Assembly: GCA_951406725.2 (NCBI GenBank)
Contig: OX597830.1
Location: forward strand, 32,984,001-33,048,000
DNA from: Octopus vulgaris
Lineage: Eukaryota
Direction of reading: 5' to 3'
Length of the DNA stretch: 64,000 nucleotides
In this document: piece by piece, positions 54,501-64,000 of the stretch
How the letters are laid out: each line of letters begins with the position of its first letter
Position numbering within the stretch: position 1 is the first letter of the stretch
Position numbers and translations under genes: made by a program
Notes under the pieces: generated by a model
What the model saw: only the letters and a program-made list of their open reading frames with translations
Databases searched by the model: none
What the model was told of the DNA's origin: nothing

Positions 54501-54815
54501 CAATAACAGTTCCCTTACATATATAAGTCACTTCAAGGTCATGGTTTAAAGATAGACGAAATTCCGTGTGAAAGGATGGGTGGTTTGTAAAAATTAATTC
54601 AAATGTCTCTGTATTATGAGTGTGAGTGTTATCTATTCAATCATACATCAATTACAATTAAAAAACAAGAAAAACACTCTAACGGACAATACAGCCAAGT
54701 AAATGCAATCCAAAGCCATCGAAATTCACTTCATTAAATCTCAAACATGTACCATTTGAAACACTTTTATGTCCAAGAGATTCCCTATGTATGTATGTAT
54801 GTATGTATGTATGTA

Positions 54816-54875
<60 letters not shown>

Positions 54876-55439
54876 TATGTTTGTATGTATATATCTGTAA
54901 TTGGCCGGTTCACCTAGCCAGCAGGGTTGTGTCATTTGAAATCTAAAATAATGTGAAGCGCATTGTGATCAGTGATGTATAACAACAACCAATAATCTGG
55001 TCGATACCGTGATACCATAATATGTATAAATATGTGCAGACATATATATATATATATATACACACACGCACACACATATATATATATATATCCATATACA
55101 TGTGTGTGTATGTATGTTGTGCGTGTGTATGCATGTCTTGTGCATGCGTGTGTGTGTGTGTGTGCGTGTGCATTATATCCGGGACAGAATTACTGTTTGT
55201 TTACATCTGAGAGAGCCTATTATTAAATTTAGGTAGCACATGCATGTTAATGGCTCTTCAGACATGCAAATCCTTTTAATTGGTCTTGTACAAATTAAGT
55301 TCATGGTAATTTCACAATTATACTGAAATATTTCTTCAGAATTATACAAGTAGCATTTGCTTAGACAGTATATGCAGAGACGTAACAAACCTCATGTACC
55401 CCACAACTGCCTCCGAAAAGCACAATCATATCTGACATG

Positions 55440-55447
55440 AACACACT

Positions 55448-55478
<31 letters not shown>

Positions 55479-56010
55479 ACACACACACACAACGCACATG
55501 CATGCACACACATGGGTGCACACAAAAACATACACACACACAAGACACACACACATACATAAGCACACACAGACAAATACACACCCACATAGACATACAC
55601 ACAAACACTCACAGACACACAAGCATGCACACACATGCGAACACACACACACCACTCGTACACTCAAACACACACACATGCAAGAACGAACACACACACA
55701 CATGCACACACACGCACACAAACACTCATACTCATACACACATACACATACACAACACAAACACCCACACACGCACAACACACACATACACAAAAACATA
55801 CATGCACACAACACACACTCATTCATATGCACAAACACACACACACACAGGAACGTGTGTACATATACACTCACGCACACACAAACACTCATACACACAC
55901 ATACACACACACAAACACATATGCACAAACACTCTCTCTCACACACACACACACACAAACACACACATACAAACACACACACACAAACATGCACATACAA
56001 ACACACACAC
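55440..56010. repeat. Degenerate (CA)n tract
   Basis: Visible CA-rich low-complexity sequence. Confidence 0.85.
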
Positions 56011-56074
56011 AGATTTATTAGTAGTTGTAATCCTGTGAAAGCCAAAATTTAAAGAAAATTAATGAAAATACTCC

Positions 56075-56875
56075 ATATTCTTTTATCCTTTTATTCTTTT
56101 ATTAGCTTCAGTCATTTGACTGTGGCCATGCTGGTGCGCCACCTTTAGTCGAACAAACCAACTCCAGGACTTATTCTTTGCAAGCCTACTACGTATTCTA
56201 TCTTTTGCTGAAACACTAAGTGATGGGGATGTGAACACACTAACATCGGTTGTCAGGCAATGTTGTGTGTGTGTGTGTGGGGGGGGAGAAACAGAGATAC
56301 ACAAATATATACACACACATACACACATACATGTATATATGACGGGTTTCTTTCAGCTTCCGTCTACCAAATCCATTCACAAGGCTTTGGTCGGCCCGAA
56401 GATATAGTAGAAGAGACTTGTTCAAGGTGCCATGCAGTGGGACTGAACTCAGAACCATGGGGTTTGTGCCTATTCTTTAACCTTTTTGTGTTTGGATTAC
56501 TCTGTCAAATTGTCATCATGGCACTCTGTCAGTTTCGACTACGAGGGTTCCTGTTGATCCGATCAACGGAACAGCCTGCTTGAGAAATTAATGTACAAGT
56601 GGCTGAGTAACATAGTTTCCAGGGAGATTCAGTGTGACACAGAGTGCAATAAGGCTGGCCCTTTGAAATACAGGTCCAACAGAAACAGGAAGAATGAGTG
56701 AGAGAAAGTTGTGGTGGAAGAATACAGCAGGGTTAACCACCACCCCCTGACAGAGCCTCATGGAGCTTCAGATGTTTTCACTCAATAAACACTCACAAAG
56801 CCTGGTCTGGGAATCGAAACTGCGATCCTACAATTGCGAGTCCGCTGCCCTAACCACTGGGCCATTGCACCTCCA
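56075..56875 (-). mobile_element. SINE A (56075-56460) and SINE T (56520-56875)
   Basis: Reverse matches to family bodies. Confidence 0.8.
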
Positions 56876-57154
56876 CACTCTGTGAGCTGGTTAAATTTAA
56901 TTATTATGCATTCACCCTCTTTTGAATTAATTATGCATTGTTGATGTGATTGTTTAGTTTTGGAATGACATTGTAGGGTAGGTGTGAAAGGTTAGATCTG
57001 GCAAGTTTGAAAAATATTGCGGTCAAATGTAGTTGTTTTAAATACTTAAAGGTTAGAATGTGTTAAATAACTATGAACTATCTGCTTCTGTTATTATAGA
57101 CTGTCTTAGCATCTCTCTCTCTCTCTCTAACTACCTACCTACCTGCCTACCTAC

Positions 57155-57211
<57 letters not shown>

Positions 57212-57212
57212 A

Positions 57213-57247
<35 letters not shown>

Positions 57248-57303
57248 AATCTGTCTATCTATCTACCTGTCTCTGTCTATCTTTCTCTGTCTGTCTCTAT
57301 CTT

Positions 57304-57339
<36 letters not shown>

Positions 57340-57564
57340 CTTGTCTCTGTCTATCTTTCTCTGTCTGTCTCTATCTATCTATCTGTCTGTCTGACTATCT
57401 GTCTATCTCTCTCTATCTGTCTGTCTATCTGTCTTTATCTGTCTCTATCTGTCTTTATCTGTCTCTATCTGTCTCTTTCTGTCGCTATCTCTCTCTATCT
57501 GTCTCTGTCTGTTTCTCTCTGTTTCTTAATCTCTCCAAACTAATGACTACTGGTGGAAACTGCA

Positions 57565-57604
<40 letters not shown>

Positions 57605-57904
57605 TTGTTTGTGTGTGTGTATTCATATTTGTCCCCTGCTTCCATTTGACAACCAGTATTGGTTTACTGAAGTCCCCGTAACTTAGCAGTTTGGCAAAAG
57701 ACACTCACAGAATAGATCTAAAAGATCTAAAAGATATGGTTTAAGGTCAATTTGTTCAACTAAATTCTACAAGACAATTTCCCAGCTGAATCAAGAAACA
57801 TCACTGAATCAAGTAAAATATAAAAAATAAAAAGACAATATTTGAAACTAAAAGATTGTTTGACTTAAATATGATGAGGCACACAATACAACATTTAACA
57901 TAAA

Positions 57905-58835
57905 TAATCCTTTCTATTATAGGCACAAGGCCTGAAATTTTGGGGGAGGGGACCAGTCGATTAGATGAAACCCAGTACCTAATTTATCAGGTACTTAACT
58001 TATTAGCCCTGAAATGATGAAAGGTAAAGTCAACCTCAGTGGAATTTGAACTCAGAACATAGCGATGAGTGAAATACCGCTAAACCATTTCGTCCAGTGT
58101 GCTAACAATTCTGCCAGCTAGCTGCCTTAGTAATAATGATAAACCTTTCTACTATAGGCATTAGGCCTGAAATTGTGGAGGAGGGTCCAGTCGCTTAAAT
58201 TGGTCCCCAGTATGCAACTGGTACTTAATTTATTGACCCCAAAAGGATGAAAGGTAAAGTCAACCTCAGTGGAATTTGAATTCAGAACGTAGTGACGGAC
58301 GATATACTGCTAAGCATTTTGTCCAGCATGCTCACAATTTTGCCAGTTCGTTGCCTTTTTTATAATTATAATAATCCTTTCTAGTAAAGGCACAAGACCT
58401 GAAATTGTTGGGGAGGGGGCCAGTCGATTAGATCAACCCCAGAATGAACTGGTACTCAAATTATTGATCTGAAAGGATGAGAGGCAAAGTTGACCTCAGC
58501 AGAGTTTGAACTCAGACCGTAACAATAAACAAAATACTGCTACGCATTATGTGCAGGGTGCTAATGATTCTGCCAGCTGGCTGCCTTAGTATTGTAGCAT
58601 AAATAATAAGGCTTTCTCATATCCATTTCAAATTTTGGTATAAGGCCAGCAATTCCAGGGCAGAGTAGTCAATTACATCAACCCCAGCATTCAACTGGTC
58701 TTTAGTTTATCAATCCTCAAAGCATGAAAGGTAAAGTCAACCTCATTGGAATTTGAACTCAGAACACAAAGACAGATCAAATGTCACTAAGCATTTTGCC
58801 CAACGTGCCAACGTTCCTGCCAGCTTGCTGCTTTG
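57905..58835 (-). mobile_element. Head-to-tail array of four SINE M copies
   Basis: Units start at ~57905, 58140, 58373 and 58635, each with aggcc/acctgaaatt-like start and aaagtcaacctc..tttgaactcaga. Confidence 0.85.
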
Positions 58836-59777
58836 AGGTTTTCCCATATTGGCACAAGGTTATTATTATACATTACTATGAATCACCCAGTATCGTCCAC
58901 CCCCATCCCTCATCTTCATTGGTTTTTAATTTATTTATTGGTATCAGGAGGCTGAAAAAAAAATCAAAGTTACTTTTGGCAGGTTCTAAGCTTATAAAGT
59001 ATAGGTATAATATTAAATATTTCCTGGCATTTAGTTAGACACAGTAAAATGATAATAATGATAGCTATAATAATAGTTAGTTTATCAACTTTAAGTAGAA
59101 TGTGAGTCTAAGTCAACTTCATTGGCATTCCAATGCAGAAATGTGAGAAACCAAATTACATTAAGAGAGAAGTTTCTCATTCACCGCTTTGCTTTCCTAT
59201 CAATAGTAGTAACCATAGTCATTGCAGAAATAATAGTACCACTGCTGTTACTACTTCTGAATAATAATATTATTAATAATATTACTGAATAACTGTATCA
59301 GAAAGACTAAGAAGTTAAAACAGAAAGCTCTATCTATCACATTTCATTAGTATTACTAAGTTAATCTTATTTCATACATCACAAACTCATAACCATATAG
59401 CTAACACCTGCCAACTAGTCAGCAATTATTCTCAGATAATGTCTGTTAATAGTGTAATATATTCTGAAAGCTAATTTAGAGTAAGTCACAATGGTGCTTT
59501 GGCAAAATGTCTATTCAAATAAGTGCTGCCGTTACAGACAGCTTCAATTGCAGCAAAAACTGTAGTTGGATAGCAAAGAAAAGTGTTCAATAATGCAGTG
59601 AAACCAAAATCACATATAGGTTCTTGATAATTTTCCTGTGAAGCACAAGTATTTTTGTCATGGTCTACAGGTAACAGTCAAAAGCTATGAGCTACTGTGT
59701 TGCTTATGCTTCATCTTGTGCATTGTTTCATTTCAAATGATATTTTGGTTTGATTTTGATCGTTTAGAGCAAAAAGG

Positions 59778-60262
59778 CCCTATAGTTACAGCCTTGTGTA
59801 ATTTATTTATGTGAGAAAGAAAGGTCTGTAGTTAGAACCTGTGCGGTTATTTAATGTAATAGGGGCCTGTAGTTACAGCCTGTGTAATTTATTTATGTGA
59901 GAAAGAAAGGCCTGTAGTTAGAACCTGTGCGGTTATTTAATGTAATAGGGGCCTGTGTAATTTATTTATGTGAGAAAGAAGGGTCTGTAGTTAGAGCCTG
60001 CATAATTATTTAATGCAGAAGGGGTCTGTAGTTAGAGACTATGTGGTTATTTGATGTAATCAGGACCTATAGTTACAGCCTGTATAATTTATTTATGCAA
60101 GAAAGAAGGGTCTGTAGTTACAGCCTGTATAATTTATTTATGTGAGAAAGAAGGGTCTGTAGTTAGAGTCTGTGTGAGTATTTAATGTAGAAGGGGTCTG
60201 TAGTTATAGCCTCATGAGATTCGTTTATGTGAGAGAGAAGGGTCTGTAGTTACAGCCTTGTG
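59778..60262. repeat. Minisatellite of ~40-43 bp monomers with partial dimeric order
   Basis: Alternating ctgtagttacagcctgt..aatttatttatgtgagaaagaa and ctgtagttagaacctgtgcggttatttaatgtaatagg units. Confidence 0.9.
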
Positions 60263-61009
60263 TGACTTATTTGTGACAACTCTGGGGCCTTAGCCTTGTA
60301 AGATATGAGGTAATCCTCTCGAGTGTTAACATTGTGCAAAAGCTTCCAGTACTCTCTGTAATAAAAGTCGTTGGTATTAGGAAGGGCATCTAGCAGTGGA
60401 AACCATGCCAAAGGATATAATGGTGTACGATGAAGATTTCCGACTTGGTAGATCCTGTTAAAACTATCAAACCCATGCTAGCAGGAAAGTGGAATGTTAA
60501 ATGATGACGACAACGACGACGACGACGATGATAATGCTGTTGCTGCTATTGATGATGATGATGATGATGATGATGATAATAATGACGATTGAGGATGACG
60601 ATGACGATGACGATGACGATGATAATGATGCTGTTGATGATGATGATGATGATGATGATGTTATTGATATCGGTGGTGGTGATGGTGATGTGTATAAAAA
60701 ACAAAAAACATTAGGAATGATGAGAAAAAAGAAACAGCCAAGGTCTATAAAACTGTTTGGGAGCAAAAGTTGGTACAAAAGATTTCTAAAGAATTAGGTT
60801 CCATTGACAAAAGAAAAGACAAAAGAAGATAAAATATGTTGTCGAGCCAACGCCATTAGCTTGTTGGTATTAATATAAGCATTCATAGTCATCAAGCATT
60901 AAATTTAGTGGCTCTCAACTGGAATCCACACGACCCTTTAGGGTCCATACGAGGTTTTGTTATTAAAATGTGAATTAAATTGCTTATAATTCTACAATAC
61001 GCAAAACAT

Positions 61010-61166
61010 TAAAGAAGCTTGCTTCCAAACCACATGGTTGTAGGTTCAGTCCCACTGTCTGGCTCCTTGGGCAGTTGTCTTCTTCTGAAGCCTCGAGCTG
61101 ACCAAAGTCTTGTGAGTGGATTTGGTAGACGGATACTTAAAGAAGCCCGTCGTATCTATCTATCTA

Positions 61167-61241
<75 letters not shown>

Positions 61242-61650
61242 ATATCTATATCTATATTTATATTCTTTTATTCTTTTATTTGTTTCAGTTATTTGACTGC
61301 AGCCATGCTGGTGCACTGCCTTTAGACAAGCAGATCGATCCCAGGGCTTATTCTTTGGCAGCCGAGGACTTATTCTATCAGTCTCTTTTGCTGAACCACT
61401 AAGTTACAGGGATGTAAACTCACCAACATCAGCTGTCAAGGGATGGTGTGGGAACAAACACAGAAACGCAAACATATACATATATACACAACAGGCTTCT
61501 TTCAGTTTCCGTCTACCAAATCCACTCACAAGGCTTTAGTTGGCCTGAGGCTATAGTAGAAGACACTTGCCGAAGATGCCACGCAGTGGGACTGAACCTG
61601 GAACCATATGGTTTGTCAGCAAGCTACTTACCACACAACTACTCCTGATA
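61010..61650. mobile_element. Inverted SINE A pair (+ 61010-61155, - 61260-61650)
   Basis: Head regions are mutually reverse-complementary. Confidence 0.8.
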
Positions 61651-61852
61651 TATAAAGTTGAAATTTAGAGAAATATAAAAGATGAAGACAGGTGAGTAAA
61701 CAACAAACAGGTGTATTAGTTTGACGCTTGGGAAGGTGAGAAAGTCTTTTACATTTCAAGCCAATGCTCTTCAACTGAAAGGAACATGAGGAAATAAACA
61801 GAGAGGGAGTAAAAAATAACTTATGGATTTAGCAGTCAATCATATATGTATG

Positions 61853-61904
<52 letters not shown>

Positions 61905-62614
61905 TGTATGTATGTATGTATGCATGTATGTATGCATGAATGTATGTATGTATGTATGTATGTATGTATGTATGTATGAATGTATATCTATGTGTGAGTA
62001 TCTTTGTGTCTATGCTTGTTCACCCCACCACTGCTAGACCGATCTTGGTGTGTTTGCAGTTCAGCAAAAGAGACCAGTAGAATAAGTGCCGGGCTTAAAA
62101 ATATATCTCTGCAAGGTACCTCTTCATGTGGCTTGGGGGGGTCGACCAACAACGAGGTGTGTCAACCCAGCTAGATCCTCAGAGAAGGGAACACACTTAA
62201 CAGAGTCTAACATGGGGGGAAAAAAAAAAAAAAAAAAAAACCGAGCCACATGGCCAAACAGTCAGTGCTGGCTGGTTGGTGCTCCTGAACCATACAAGTA
62301 ACAGGATCACATCTCGGTTCCTGGATAAATGAAAAATAAATTAACAATGTTCTACCAGTTCCAATTAATCAGGTCCAAATTCAAGAAATTCTTTAAAATT
62401 AACAATTAATGATCTACTTGACATTGCAATAGAATTTCCTTGTCTATTTCAGTTGGGGTTTGCTACTCAATCCTATTTTCATATTTCTCTTGGAACCCTT
62501 TGCTTTCTCATAATTAAATGCCAGGTACAGACACAGATTTCAACTTTAATATTAAAGTATAGTGTAAGTAACGGCTTTGTAAGTATTGGTTCTTGAAAAT
62601 TAATCAGATTAAGA

Positions 62615-62815
62615 CTCTTCTTCTTCTTCTTCTTCTTCTTCTCTTCTCCTTCTTCTTCTTCTTCTTCTTCTTCTTCTTCTTCTTCTTCTTCTTCTTCTTC
62701 TTCTTCTTCTTCTTCTTCTTCTTCGTCGTCGTCGTCTTCTTCTTCTTCGTCTTCTTCTTTGTCTTCTTCTTCTTCTTCTTCTTCTTCTTCTTCTTCTTCT
62801 CCTTCTTCTTCTTCA
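62615..62815. repeat. (CTT/GAA)n triplet repeat
   Basis: About 200 bp of near-pure CTT. Confidence 0.95.
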
Positions 62816-62969
62816 ATGTATCCATTAATATATTAATTTATTAGTCTGTCTATTATTCTATTTATGTGTTGAGTATGTATATATATATACAAACCCACAT
62901 ATATATATATATATGTACTTATATAAATATGCATACACATATATATTATTTGTATGTACATCATTCAAA

Positions 62970-63027
<58 letters not shown>

Positions 63028-63054
63028 CTTTCTATCTATCTATCTATCTATCTA

Positions 63055-63095
<41 letters not shown>

Positions 63096-64000
63096 GCATG
63101 TATACATTTCTATCAATCTATCACTCTCTCTCTCGCAATATATATGTATATGTATGTATGTATGTATGTGTATGTGTGTATATATATACATACATATAGC
63201 AGTGTATGTATAAGTGTGTGAACATTTGTATAAATAAATATATATACATAGGTATGTATAAACATATATGAAATGCATTTTCGTCATGGGTGATAGAGAC
63301 TTCTTCATGACTTTTTCGCAATAATTCATTTCGTAATCATACATTAGTATAATTAAGTCATTCGTAACATTCAATCTAACTTTAGAACTTGATATAAAAC
63401 GAAATGGATGTGTATGTAGCTGCAACTAGAAACTGAGACCATGTTATAAGCACAGATCTGATGGCAACTTACCTTCCAATTTAAAGATATTGCTTAATAC
63501 ACATGCATGTGCGCGTGGGAGAGAGATTACTACACATAGATATTTATACAACAAATGCATGCATGTGAGCTTGTGTGTGTGTGTGAGTATGAGAGAGAGA
63601 GAGATTTATGTATTATATATTGTGATGCTTGATTATGATTGAACATTTCAACTTTATAATGAGGCCGAATCTCAATAACGTTTTTCAATGAGAAAGTTTG
63701 ATCTGGTATCAGTCTTGATCTTGTCTATCAGATGCTGTGACAAATAGCAGAAATTGATCAGCAAACTATTATATTTCGGTCAGGAACTGAGAACATTGAT
63801 AATTTTATTTGTCTATGTAGGATAAAATATACTCCTATTGTCAAAGTCAGAAAGGTTATAATTTTATATTACATTTCTTTGTACGTTTGTGTGTGTGTAT
63901 GTATTTTTGGGGGGTTTTTTTTCTCTCTGCTCCTTTTCAAAAGAGATGTCTTTTAATCTTCGCCAAATTTTTTCTTTTTTTTTTTCATTATTCAACTTTA

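Noticed and set aside
59778-60262. CRISPR-like periodicity
   Set aside because: Eukaryotic context, no unique spacers and no cas genes; it is a minisatellite.

Overview
This is AT-rich, microsatellite-saturated eukaryotic DNA. The SINE families and repeat landscape point to an octopus (coleoid cephalopod) genome, most likely a long intron or intergenic region. No host protein-coding gene can be identified; almost all ORF-track entries are translations of simple repeats or SINEs. The window holds four recurrent SINE families, CR1-like and RTE LINE fragments, mariner and DD37D/maT transposase relics, two hAT elements with intact 8-bp TSDs, a HINE-like element, a minisatellite and a CA-derived higher-order satellite. 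The most notable signal is about 11 complete or near-complete and about 5 partial type-I hammerhead ribozyme (HHR) motifs of the minimal, Penelope-type architecture, mostly in ~150-400 bp mini-elements sitting in (TA)n tracts. They include core variants (U3-A8, U4C, A6U), long stem-II inserts, one HHR masked by its own antisense copy, and a family that joins a tRNA-like Pol III head to an HHR. Many close inverted repeats (potential ADAR substrates) and several candidate micro-exons are also present. Coordinates were read by eye; repeat boundaries are approximate.
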